DNA from: Cupriavidus necator
Lineage (GTDB): Bacteria > Pseudomonadota > Gammaproteobacteria > Burkholderiales > Burkholderiaceae
Assembly (NCBI RefSeq): GCF_016127575.1
Contig: NZ_CP066019.1
Location: 1,170,001-1,202,000, forward strand
Direction of reading: 5' to 3'
DNA: 32,000 nt
This document shows, piece after piece, positions 1-8,533 of this stretch (position 1 is the stretch's first letter; each line of letters begins with the position of its first letter). The position numbers were made by a program, and so were the translations under genes. The notes under the pieces were generated by a model. It did not search any database and had not been told where the DNA came from. It saw only the letters and a program-made list of their open reading frames with translations.

Positions 1-1
1 A

Positions 2-2077
2 GTGCCTGCGCCGGCAACGGCCAGTGCCGCGGCAGAACTGCCGGCCGTCACGATCCGCGCCGGCAGCGACGACGAAACCGCCACCGGCCCGGTTCATGGC
101 TTCGTGGCAAAACGCAGCGCCACCGCCACCAAGACCGACACCCCGGTGATGGAGACGCCCCAGTCGATCACCGTCATCACGCGCGACCGGATGGAGGCGC
201 AAGGCGCGCAGAGCGTGCAGCAGGCCATCGGCTACAGCGCCGGCGTCTATGCCGGGCCGTTCGGCAACGACGCCCGCGGCGACTGGGGCCGGTTCCGGGG
301 CACCGAGTTCACGCAGTACCGCGACGGCCTGCTGAACCAGGTCGGCTTCTACAACAACGTGCGGCCCGATGTTTACGCGCTGGAACGCATCGACGTGCTG
401 CGCGGGCCGTCGTCGATGCTGTTCGGGCAGGGCGCGGTCGGCGGCATCCTGAACCTGGTCAGCAAACGCCCGCAGGCTGAGGCGGCGCGCGAGATCGGGG
501 TGCAGTTCGGCAACTACAACCGCAAGCAGGTGCAGGCCGACCTGACCGGCCCGCTCGATGCGGACGGCAAGTGGCTGTACCGGCTGGTGGCGCTGGCGCG
601 CGACAGCGACACGCAGGTGGACTACGTCAAGGACAACCGCTACCTGATCGCGCCTTCGCTGACGTGGCGCCCGAGCCAGGACACCTCGCTCACGCTGCTG
701 GCCAACTTCCAGCGCGATGAAAGCGGGACCTCGGTCGGCTTCTTCCCCTGGCGGGGCACGCTGCAGGCCAACCCGGCCGGCCAGATCCCCGATCACCTGT
801 TTATCAGCGAGCCCGGCTTCGACCGCTACAACGCCGAGCAGGCGTCGGTGGGCTATGAGTTCCAGCACAAGTTCAACGACACCGTGACGGTGCGGCAGAA
901 CCTGCGCTATTCGCACAGCACGGTGGACTACCGCAGCATCTACGCGGCCGGTTTTAACGGCGCCGGCCACGGTTGGGTGCCGGGCAGCGATACGCTGATG
1001 CGCCGCACGGTCTACCTGAACCAGCCCACGCTGAACTCGTTCGCGGTCGATACCCAGGCGCAGACCAACTTCCGCACCGGCCCGGTCCAGCACACGCTGC
1101 TGACCGGCGTCGACTACCAGCACTCAGAGATCACGGGGCGCGCCGGGGTGGGGGGCACGGCCGCGCCGCTCAATGTGTTCAACCCGGTCTACGGCAATTT
1201 CACCCTGCCGGGCACGCGCGACCTGAACCCCGCCACGCAGGCGCAGACCGGCCTGTACGTGCAGGATCAGCTGTCGTGGAACAAGTGGCTGCTGATGCTG
1301 GGGCTGCGCTATGACTGGTCGCGCGCCGCGCAGGACAACACGCCCTCGGCCAGCCGCGACGACAGCGAGCTTACCAAGCGTGCTGGCCTGATGTACCGCT
1401 CGGACATCGGCCTCAACCCGTACGTCAGCTATTCCGAGTCGTTCCAGGGGCTGGCCGGCTTCAACAAGGCCAACCAGGCTTTCAAGCCGCTGCGCGGTTC
1501 GCAGTGGGAGGCGGGGATCAAGTACCAGCCGCCGGGCAAGAACGCCACGCTGACCATTGCCGCATTCGATATGCGCGAGAAGAACCGCAAGACCGCCGGC
1601 GTGGTCAACGGCATTCCCGATTCAGTCCAGGTGGGCGAGGCACGTACGCGCGGCATCGAGGTTGAGGCACTGGCCTCGCTGTCCAGCCGGCTGGACCTGA
1701 TCGCAACCTATACCTACCTGGATGCGCGCGTGATCGACGGCACGCCGGCCGAGGTGGGCAAGAAGCTGGCGAGCACGCCGTCGAACATGGCGTCGCTGTG
1801 GGCCAACTATCGCTTCAAGCTGTTTGGCGTGCCGGGCTTTGTCGCCGGCGGCGGGGTGCGCTATGTCGGTCCCAGCTATGACGGTGCCGACCAGAACCGG
1901 GTGGGCGGCGTCACGCTCTACGACGCGATGATTGCCTATGACCACGGCCCGCTGCGCGTCTCGCTGAATGCCAGCAACCTGTTCGACAAGCAATTCCTGA
2001 CCACCTGCCTGGCGCGCGGTGACTGCTACTTCGGCGCGCGCCGCACGGTGGTGGGCAGCGTTACCTATCGCTTCTGA
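2..2077 (+). CDS. TonB-dependent siderophore receptor (FhuA/FhuE-like), 5' end lies outside the window
   Basis: The frame is open to the left edge and no signal peptide is present in the window. Plug-domain blocks ETPQSITVITRDRMEAQGAQSVQQAIGY and YALERIDVLRGPSSMLFG are present. A long beta-barrel region follows, ending in the terminal aromatic motif ...SVTYRF, with TGA at 2075-2077. Confidence 0.9.
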   Translation: MPAPATASAAAELPAVTIRAGSDDETATGPVHGFVAKRSATATKTDTPVMETPQSITVITRDRMEAQGAQSVQQAIGYSAGVYAGPFGNDARGDWGRFRGTEFTQYRDGLLNQVGFYNNVRPDVYALERIDVLRGPSSMLFGQGAVGGILNLVSKRPQAEAAREIGVQFGNYNRKQVQADLTGPLDADGKWLYRLVALARDSDTQVDYVKDNRYLIAPSLTWRPSQDTSLTLLANFQRDESGTSVGFFPWRGTLQANPAGQIPDHLFISEPGFDRYNAEQASVGYEFQHKFNDTVTVRQNLRYSHSTVDYRSIYAAGFNGAGHGWVPGSDTLMRRTVYLNQPTLNSFAVDTQAQTNFRTGPVQHTLLTGVDYQHSEITGRAGVGGTAAPLNVFNPVYGNFTLPGTRDLNPATQAQTGLYVQDQLSWNKWLLMLGLRYDWSRAAQDNTPSASRDDSELTKRAGLMYRSDIGLNPYVSYSESFQGLAGFNKANQAFKPLRGSQWEAGIKYQPPGKNATLTIAAFDMREKNRKTAGVVNGIPDSVQVGEARTRGIEVEALASLSSRLDLIATYTYLDARVIDGTPAEVGKKLASTPSNMASLWANYRFKLFGVPGFVAGGGVRYVGPSYDGADQNRVGGVTLYDAMIAYDHGPLRVSLNASNLFDKQFLTTCLARGDCYFGARRTVVGSVTYRF

Positions 2078-2091
2078 GCCGCCTTGCAGGG

Positions 2092-2130
2092 AAGCGCGCC
2101 TGCGGCCGGGGCGGCGATAGCGGCGCGCTT
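2092..2130. terminator. Candidate bidirectional stem-loop between convergent genes
   Basis: AAGCGCGCC (2092-2100) is the exact reverse complement of GGCGCGCTT (2122-2130). It lies between the receptor stop (2077) and the SRAP stop (2129-2131). The loop is long (21 nt) and there is no U-tract. Confidence 0.3.
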
Positions 2131-2803
2131 ACTCCGAGTCGGGGATTGGCGCTCCCTGCACTTTGGGCGCCGGTTCGGCCCGCATGGCGTCTGCGGGCCA
2201 GAGCGTCAGGAAGGTGCGCGCGACCTCGGGATCGCGGCAGGCGAGCCAGTCGTCCCACTGTTCACGCGGCACGATCACCACTGACCGCTTTTCCTCGCCC
2301 GGCTTGTGAAAGCGCTGCATCACCGGGTGCTGGGCCGAGTTGATGGTCAGCATGGTGAAGGACAGCGACTGGTCCGGCCAGCTGCGCCACAGGCCCGCAA
2401 TGCCGAAGGCCGGCTCGCCGGGCAGCCAGACGCGCCAGCGCACCGGCTTGCCGGGCGGGCCGCCGGGCGCTGCATCTTCGGGATACGCAAACTCATAGAA
2501 CGCCGTGGCCGGCACCAGGCACAGCTGGCCCTGGCGCCAGTAGCGCGCAAAGGCGGGGCGTTCGCCCACGGTCTCGCTGCGGGCATTGGTGGTGTCAAAG
2601 CGCCGTGCGCCGGGCGGGATGCGCGGGCGCGGCACCATGCCGAACGAGGCCAGAGCGCCACTGCGCGTGCCATCGTCCGCGGCGCGCACGATCGGCGCCG
2701 CGTAGTCCGGATAGGTTTCAGCCTTGTACAGCCCCGGCGGCGGTTCCACGCCGAAGATCTCGCGCAGGATCCGGCTCTGGACCGGGGCGTAGTTGGTGCA
2801 CAT
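2129..2803 (-). CDS. SOS-response-associated peptidase (SRAP; YedK/HMCES family)
   Basis: The track ORF is 2129..2887, but the internal Met (cat at 2801-2803) gives the N-terminus MCTNYAP. Met-Cys2 is the hallmark catalytic N-terminus of SRAP proteins. Further family-like blocks are FGMVPRP, TTNARSETV, CLVPATAFYEF, FGIAGLW and FTMLT. Confidence 0.85.
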   Translation of the reverse strand: MCTNYAPVQSRILREIFGVEPPPGLYKAETYPDYAAPIVRAADDGTRSGALASFGMVPRPRIPPGARRFDTTNARSETVGERPAFARYWRQGQLCLVPATAFYEFAYPEDAAPGGPPGKPVRWRVWLPGEPAFGIAGLWRSWPDQSLSFTMLTINSAQHPVMQRFHKPGEEKRSVVIVPREQWDDWLACRDPEVARTFLTLWPADAMRAEPAPKVQGAPIPDSE

Positions 2804-3043
2804 GCGCTGTCTCCTGGCGGCGATGCCCGTATCGTCGGCGCCGGGCGGTGCCGCGTCAAGGGTGCCCGGAGGTGCGTCAGGGTTCACGGCAGGGATGGCA
2901 AAAACCGTCAGCCGCGCTGGCGGAATCGGTTATTGCCTGCTCCCGTGGCGCTCGCGCACACTCTTGCGGCAGCCGTTGCGCGCCGGCACCCCGCGCGCAG
3001 CGGCCACCTACCAAAAGGCACCAGCCGGAATACAGGAGACATC

Positions 3044-4696
3044 ATGCGCGACTACGCCCAAGCCTTCGACGGATTTTCCTATGACGACGCCGTGGCACGG
3101 CAACTGCACGGCAGCCAGGAGGCAATGAACGCCTGCGTCGAATGCTGCGACCGCCACGCGCTGCCGGGCCGTATCGCGCTGTTCTGGGAAGGGCGAGACG
3201 GCAATTCGCGCAGCTGGACCTTTACCGAGCTGCAGGCACTGTCCGCGCAGTTTGCCGGCTTCCTGAAGGCGCAGGGCGTGCAGCCGGGCGACCGCGTGGC
3301 GGGCCTGCTGCCGCGCAATGCGGAACTGCTGGTGACGATTCTCGGCACCTGGCGCGCCGGCGCGGTGTACCAGCCGCTGTTCACGGCCTTCGGCCCCAAG
3401 GCCATCGAGCACCGGCTCAATGCGTCCGGCGCGAAGGTTGTGGTCACCGATGGCGCCAACCGCCCCAAGCTGGATGACGTGGATGGCTGTCCCGCCATTG
3501 TCACCGTGGCCGGCGACAAGGGCCGCGGCCTGGTGCGCGGCGACTTCAGCTTCTGGGCCGAACTGGAACGCCAGCCGGCGTCGTTCGAGCCGGTGCCGCG
3601 CCGGGGCGACGACCCCTTCCTGATGATGTTCACCTCCGGCACCACCGGCCCGGCCAAGCCGCTGCTGGTGCCGCTCAAGGCCATTGCCGCGTTTGCCGGC
3701 TATATGAGCGACGCGGTCGACCTGCGCGCGGAAGACGCTTTCTGGAACCTGGCCGATCCGGGCTGGGCCTATGGCCTGTATTACGCGGTCACGGGCCCGC
3801 TGGCGCTGGGCCATCCCACCACCTTCTACGATGGCCCGTTCACCGTGGAGAGCACATGCCGTGTGATCCGCAAGTACGGCATCACCAACCTGGCCGGCTC
3901 GCCCACGGCATACCGGCTGCTGATCGCCGCGGGCGAGGCCGTGTCAGGCCCGCTGCGCGGGCGGCTGCGCGCGGTCAGCAGCGCGGGCGAGCCGCTCAAC
4001 CCGGAAGTGATCCGCTGGTTCGCCAGCGAGCTGGGCGTGACCATCCACGACCACTACGGCCAGACCGAGCTGGGCATGGTGCTGTGCAACCACCATGCGC
4101 TGGCGCATCCGGTGCGCATGGGCGCGGCCGGCTTTGCCAGCCCCGGGCACCGCGTGGTGGTGGTGGACGATGAACAGCGCGAACTGCCGCCGGGCCGGCC
4201 GGGCACGCTGGCGCTGGACCTGAAGCGCTCGCCGATGTGCTGGTTCGGCGGCTATCACGGCACGCCCACCAGCGGGTTTGCCGGCGGCTACTACCTGACC
4301 GGCGATTCCGCCGAGCTGAATGACGACGGCAGCATCAGCTTCATAGGCCGGGCCGACGACGTCATCACCACCTCTGGCTACCGCGTGGGCCCGTTCGACG
4401 TGGAAAGCGCGCTGATCGAGCACCCGGCCGTGGTCGAGGCCGCGGTGATCGGCAAGCCCGATCCGGAGCGCACCGAGCTGATCAAGGCCTTTGTCGTGCT
4501 GGACCCGCAATATCGCGCCGCGCCGGAACTGGCCGAGGCGCTGCGCCAGCACGTGCGTAAGCGCCTGGCCGCCCATGCCTACCCGCGCGAGATCGAGTTC
4601 GTCGTCGAGCTGCCCAAGACCCCCAGCGGCAAGGTCCAGCGCTTTATCCTGCGCAACCAGGAAGTGGCCCGCGCGCGCGAGGCGGCCGCTGCCTGA
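3044..4696 (+). CDS. AMP-dependent acyl-CoA synthetase/ligase
   Basis: RBS aggaga at 3034-3039 precedes ATG 3044. Adenylate-forming motifs are present: MMFTSGTTGPAKP, DHYGQTE, YLTGDSAELNDDGSISFIGRADDVI and PKTPSGKVQR. The upstream part of track ORF 2306.. is antisense to the SRAP gene and looks non-coding. Confidence 0.9.
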   Translation: MRDYAQAFDGFSYDDAVARQLHGSQEAMNACVECCDRHALPGRIALFWEGRDGNSRSWTFTELQALSAQFAGFLKAQGVQPGDRVAGLLPRNAELLVTILGTWRAGAVYQPLFTAFGPKAIEHRLNASGAKVVVTDGANRPKLDDVDGCPAIVTVAGDKGRGLVRGDFSFWAELERQPASFEPVPRRGDDPFLMMFTSGTTGPAKPLLVPLKAIAAFAGYMSDAVDLRAEDAFWNLADPGWAYGLYYAVTGPLALGHPTTFYDGPFTVESTCRVIRKYGITNLAGSPTAYRLLIAAGEAVSGPLRGRLRAVSSAGEPLNPEVIRWFASELGVTIHDHYGQTELGMVLCNHHALAHPVRMGAAGFASPGHRVVVVDDEQRELPPGRPGTLALDLKRSPMCWFGGYHGTPTSGFAGGYYLTGDSAELNDDGSISFIGRADDVITTSGYRVGPFDVESALIEHPAVVEAAVIGKPDPERTELIKAFVVLDPQYRAAPELAEALRQHVRKRLAAHAYPREIEFVVELPKTPSGKVQRFILRNQEVARAREAAAA

Positions 4697-4714
4697 GGCC
4701 TGAGCCGTTCCCGG

Positions 4715-4740
4715 ACCGCTTCCTATAATGAGGAAGCGGT
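4715..4740 (+). terminator. Perfect 9-bp stem-loop downstream of the acyl-CoA synthetase gene, with TATAAT in the loop
   Basis: ACCGCTTCC (4715-4723), loop TATAATGA, then GGAAGCGGT (4732-4740). It starts 19 nt after the TGA at 4694-4696. No clear U-tract follows, so its function is uncertain. Confidence 0.35.
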
Positions 4741-4844
4741 TGCCAGGCCCCGGGGGTGAAGGAGCCTGCGGCGCCGCGCAAGGCGCGCCTGCAGGCAGGG
4801 GCGCGCGTCTTCCATCTCCAGACCAATCGGGCGAGGCGAACAAA

Positions 4845-5576
4845 ATGCAGAGTAGCGAAGCGGTGCTGACGCAGGCGCGCGCAGCCTTGGCGCATGTGCC
4901 TTATCAGGGTCATGTCCTCCATCCCACCATCCAGTTGCGGCTTTCCGACGGCGCGCTGATCCTGGAAGGCGAGGTGGCCGATATCGTCGACAAGACCCGG
5001 GCCGCGGCGACGGTGCGGCGCGTGGACGGTGTAACCAGCGTGATTGATCACCTGCGCGTGGCCAATGGCGGCATGCAGGTAGGCGACGGCGAACTGCGCG
5101 ACGCGGTGTGCGAGCGCCTGCTCAATGCCATCGATTTCCGCAATTGCAGGATCTGCGCGCGCGTCAAGGGCAAGCCCGAGGCCATGCGCGAAGCCGTGGG
5201 CGAACGCAGCGGCTGGATTGAAGTGGAAGTGCACGACGGCGTGGTCACGCTGTGGGGGCAGGTAATCAGCCTGTCGCACATGCGCCTGGCAGGGGTGCTG
5301 GCCTGGTGGTCGCGCGGTTGCCGCTGCGTGGTCAATGAACTGGTGGTAGCGCCCGCCGAAGCCGACCGCGACGACGAAATCACCGAGGCACTGATGCTGG
5401 TGCTGGAGACTGATCCCTTCATTGATGCCGGCCAGGTCAGCGCGCGCACCGAGAACCGCGTGGTGACGCTGGAAGGCTGCGTCGCCAGCGAGGACACGCG
5501 GCGCCAGGCCGAGCGCGACGCATGGTACGTGCAGGGCGTTGAGAACGTGGTCAACCACATCGCCTTGCGCACCTGA
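4845..5576 (+). CDS. BON-domain protein (OsmY-like, repeated BON modules)
   Basis: ATG at 4845, preceded by gaggcg. Repeated BON-like modules are seen: ...LILEGEVADIVDKTRAAATVRRVDGVTSVIDHLRV..., ...VVTLWGQVISLSHMRLAGVLAWWSRGCRCVVNELVV... and ...VVTLEGCVASEDTRRQAERDAWYVQGVENVVNHIAL. No obvious signal peptide. Confidence 0.75.
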   Translation: MQSSEAVLTQARAALAHVPYQGHVLHPTIQLRLSDGALILEGEVADIVDKTRAAATVRRVDGVTSVIDHLRVANGGMQVGDGELRDAVCERLLNAIDFRNCRICARVKGKPEAMREAVGERSGWIEVEVHDGVVTLWGQVISLSHMRLAGVLAWWSRGCRCVVNELVVAPAEADRDDEITEALMLVLETDPFIDAGQVSARTENRVVTLEGCVASEDTRRQAERDAWYVQGVENVVNHIALRT

Positions 5577-5594
5577 GCGCTGCCCTGGGCGCGG

Positions 5595-6701
5595 TCACTC
5601 CCCGGTGCCGCGCCGTACCGCGGCATCTTCCATGCGCCAGTAGCGCCGCCGCGCCCGCAGCGCAAAGCGGGCGCGATAGTCTGACATCGACATGCCCGTG
5701 GTGCGCTGGAACAGCCGCCGGAACGCGGCGGCGTCGCTGTAGCCGCAGGCTTCGGCAATGCCCTGCGTGCCGTGCAGCGTGACTTCCAGCAGCATGCGTG
5801 CGCGCTCCACGCGCAGGGTGTGCAGGTAGTCCAGCGGGCTCAGCCCGGTGACCTGGCGGAAATGCCGCAGCAGCGTGCGTTCGCTGACCGCGGCCGCCTG
5901 GGCCACCGCGGCCAGCTTGTAGGGCTCGGACACATGGTCCTGCAGCCATTGGATGGCGCGATACACCGGGCTGTCGGCGGTGCGGCTGAGCCAGCGTTGC
6001 GACACCAGTGCCGGCACGTTGCGCTGGCGCTCGGGCTGGAACAGCATCAGCCGCGACGCCGCCTGTGCCAGGTCCGGGTCGTGCAGGTGGCCCAGCACGC
6101 GCAGCATGAATTCCACCTGCAGCGCCGGCGCCACGCACGAGAACACACGCTGGTGCACGCTCATGGCCTGGTCGCTGCCCAGGTCGCAATGCGGATACTG
6201 GCGCATCATCCAGCTCTGGTACATCCACGGCGCGCCGGTCCTGGCGCCGTCGAGCAGCCCCAGCTGCAGCGGAAAGACCATCCCCGACGAACACGCCGCG
6301 ATCCAGCCGCCGGCCTGCGCATGGCGTTCCACCAGGCGCAGCGCCGCGGCATCGCGCTTCACGATCTCGCCCAGCTGCAGCGCATTGCTGGCCAGCAGGG
6401 CCGGGATCACCAGCAGCGTGCGGCGGTCCGCGGCCCGTGCGCGCCGGGTGGAGGACACCAGCCCCGGCAGGTCCGCCGCCAGCGTGCGCCCGTTGCTGCC
6501 GCACAGCTGCCAGCTCAGCGTGGGCGCGGCGTCGGGCCGCTGCAGGCTGGCGACGCCGGCCACGGTGCGGAGCACGTCGAGCGTGGTGAACAGGCTGCCC
6601 GGCATGGCTTGCGGCAGCCATAGCAGGCGGACATGCAGCGGGATGTTCTGTGACGGCGGCGCGATGGCGGCGGGCATGCCTGGGGGCGTGGTCGGGTGCA
6701 T
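5595..6701 (-). CDS. GlxA-family AraC-type transcriptional regulator (DJ-1/PfpI-like N-domain plus HTH)
   Basis: C-terminal AraC HTH block: LAAVAQAAAVSERTLLRHFRQVTGLSPLDYLHTLRVERARMLLE...GIAEACGYSDAAAFRRLFQRTTGMSMSDYR. The N-terminal half resembles the GATase1-like domain. The start is taken at MHPTTPPG (cat 6699-6701); an alternative Met is at 6677. It is divergent from the carboxypeptidase gene. Confidence 0.85.
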   Translation of the reverse strand: MHPTTPPGMPAAIAPPSQNIPLHVRLLWLPQAMPGSLFTTLDVLRTVAGVASLQRPDAAPTLSWQLCGSNGRTLAADLPGLVSSTRRARAADRRTLLVIPALLASNALQLGEIVKRDAAALRLVERHAQAGGWIAACSSGMVFPLQLGLLDGARTGAPWMYQSWMMRQYPHCDLGSDQAMSVHQRVFSCVAPALQVEFMLRVLGHLHDPDLAQAASRLMLFQPERQRNVPALVSQRWLSRTADSPVYRAIQWLQDHVSEPYKLAAVAQAAAVSERTLLRHFRQVTGLSPLDYLHTLRVERARMLLEVTLHGTQGIAEACGYSDAAAFRRLFQRTTGMSMSDYRARFALRARRRYWRMEDAAVRRGTGE

Positions 6702-6862
6702 GGCGCGAAGAGTTGGCAGGATGTCGTGGCGGGATCGGCATCCGGATTGGCGATATTGATCCTCCCCTAAGGTTCTGGCAAGGGCTAGCATCGTGCCGTT
6801 GTGCCGCGGCGCCGCCCGTGCGCCGGGGCATGGCACCAACAAGACCAATCCGAGGAGATTCC

Positions 6863-8122
6863 ATGCCGTTTTCCGTTCGCCACGTTGCCGTTGCCGCCGC
6901 CCTGACGCTTGCCGGGGCCGGTACCCTGGCCAGTGCCGCCCAGCCCGATGCCGCGCTGCTGTCCGCCGCGCAGTCGGCCCAGCCCGCGCTGGTGCAGTCG
7001 CTCAAGGAGATGGTGTCGATCGAATCCGGCAGCGCCAACGCGAAGGGGCTGGCGCAGATGGCCGGCTATACCGAGAAGCGCCTGCAGGCGCTGGGCGCGA
7101 AGGTTGAACGCATGCCCGTCACCAAGGGTCCGGGCACCATGGTCAAGGCCACCTTCACCGGTACCGGCAAGCGCCGCATCATGCTGATTGCCCACATGGA
7201 CACGGTGTATCCGGACAACACCCTCGCCACGCAGCCCATCCGCGAGGAAGGCAACCGGCTGTACGGGCCGGGCATTGCCGACGACAAGGGCGGCATCGCC
7301 GTGATCCTGCACTCGCTGGAGATCCTGAAGAACCAGGGCTGGCGCGACTATGCGCAGATCACGGTGCTGTTCAACCCGGACGAGGAGGTCGGCTCGGTCG
7401 GCTCCGGCGAAGCCATCGCCGCGCTGGCCGCGCAGCACGACGTGGTGCTGTCGTGCGAGCCGACCGCGGCCAAGGACGTGGTCAAGGCCGAGTCGCTGCT
7501 GCTGGGCGCTTCCGGCACCGCCACCGCCACGATGCAGGTCAAGGGCCGAGCATCCCACGCCGGCGCCGCGCCGGAGCGCGGCCGCAATGCGCTGCTCGAA
7601 CTCGCCCACCAGCTGCAGCAGACGCGCGACACCGCCAGCCTGGTGCCGGGCTCGCAGCTGAACTGGACCCAGGCGCAGGCCGGCACGGTGCGCAACCAGA
7701 TCCCGGAAAGCGCTGTCGCCTACGGCGATGTGCGCACCACCGCGGCCGGCGCCGCCGAGAAGCTGAAGGTGGCGCTGCAGGACAAGGTCAAGTCCGGCCA
7801 GCTGGTGCCGGAGACGCAGACCACGGTGACGATGGAAGAGGGCCGCCCGCCGTTCGTGGCCGACGCGCGCGGCCGCGCGCTGGCCAAGCGCGCGCAGGAG
7901 ATCTACGCCGAGCTGGACGGCCGCACGCTGGCCCTGGCCGAAGGCACCGGCGGCGCCACTGACGCCAGCTATGCCGCGCGCTCGGGCAAGCCCGCGGTGG
8001 TGGAAAGCTTCGGGCTGGCCGGCTTCGGCTATCACGCCCGTGACGAGTACATCGAACTGGACTCGATCGTGCCGCGCCTGTACCTGATGACCCGCATCCT
8101 GCAGGATATCGGGCGCAACTGA
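6863..8122 (+). CDS. cpg2: Glutamate carboxypeptidase (carboxypeptidase G2-like, peptidase M20)
   Basis: RBS gaggaga at 6852-6858 precedes ATG 6863. Signal peptide MPFSVRHVAVAAALTLAGAGTLASA. Blocks closely match my recollection of Pseudomonas CPG2: HMDTVY, YGPGIADDKGG.AVILH, ITVLFNPDEE.GS.GS, GRASHAGAAPE.G.NAL and GFGYH...EY....IVPRLYL. Confidence 0.9.
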   Translation: MPFSVRHVAVAAALTLAGAGTLASAAQPDAALLSAAQSAQPALVQSLKEMVSIESGSANAKGLAQMAGYTEKRLQALGAKVERMPVTKGPGTMVKATFTGTGKRRIMLIAHMDTVYPDNTLATQPIREEGNRLYGPGIADDKGGIAVILHSLEILKNQGWRDYAQITVLFNPDEEVGSVGSGEAIAALAAQHDVVLSCEPTAAKDVVKAESLLLGASGTATATMQVKGRASHAGAAPERGRNALLELAHQLQQTRDTASLVPGSQLNWTQAQAGTVRNQIPESAVAYGDVRTTAAGAAEKLKVALQDKVKSGQLVPETQTTVTMEEGRPPFVADARGRALAKRAQEIYAELDGRTLALAEGTGGATDASYAARSGKPAVVESFGLAGFGYHARDEYIELDSIVPRLYLMTRILQDIGRN

Positions 8123-8244
8123 GCCGGCGCCGCCAGGCCTGCATTGCCGGCGCCCGGTTGCCCCTCCCGGCAAGCCTGCTACAGTGTCATGGCTGCCCGC
8201 ATGCGGCGGCCATGACAAAAGAGACCTTGCAGGGGGAGACAGAG

Positions 8245-8508
8245 ATGAACCGCAAAGGCTTGCTGGACGCGGCCACGGCACTGGAAGACCTGGCCGCCGG
8301 CCGCACCCCCGCACCCGCGCAGGTGGCCGCCGGTGCCGCCGCGCTGGAAAAAATCCACGCCGATTACCCGGCCTGGCGCGACGTGGGCGATGCCTTGTTT
8401 GGCCTGAAGGCGCTGGCCGGCGGCAGCGGCATGGCGCTGGACACCAAGGGGCGCCAGCGCGCCGGCCGGCTGGCCGATGTGGTGCGCAGCCTGCTCGACC
8501 AGATCTGA
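8245..8508 (+). CDS. Hypothetical small protein (87 aa)
   Basis: RBS gggggaga lies immediately upstream of ATG 8245. Codon usage is GC3-rich like the neighbouring genes. No family recognised. Confidence 0.45.
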   Translation: MNRKGLLDAATALEDLAAGRTPAPAQVAAGAAALEKIHADYPAWRDVGDALFGLKALAGGSGMALDTKGRQRAGRLADVVRSLLDQI

Positions 8509-8533
8509 GGGGCGGTGCCCCCGGGAACCCGTT

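Noticed and set aside
2306-3043. 246-codon N-terminal extension of the acyl-CoA synthetase ORF.
   Set aside because: The extension is antisense to the SRAP gene and Arg/Ala-rich, with no adenylate-enzyme homology. A good RBS plus ATG at 3044 gives a normal-length (550-aa) enzyme.
2804-3043. LexA/SOS box upstream of the SRAP gene.
   Set aside because: No CTGT-N8-ACAG-type dyad is visible. The only CTGT (about 2812) has no matching ACAG at the right spacing.
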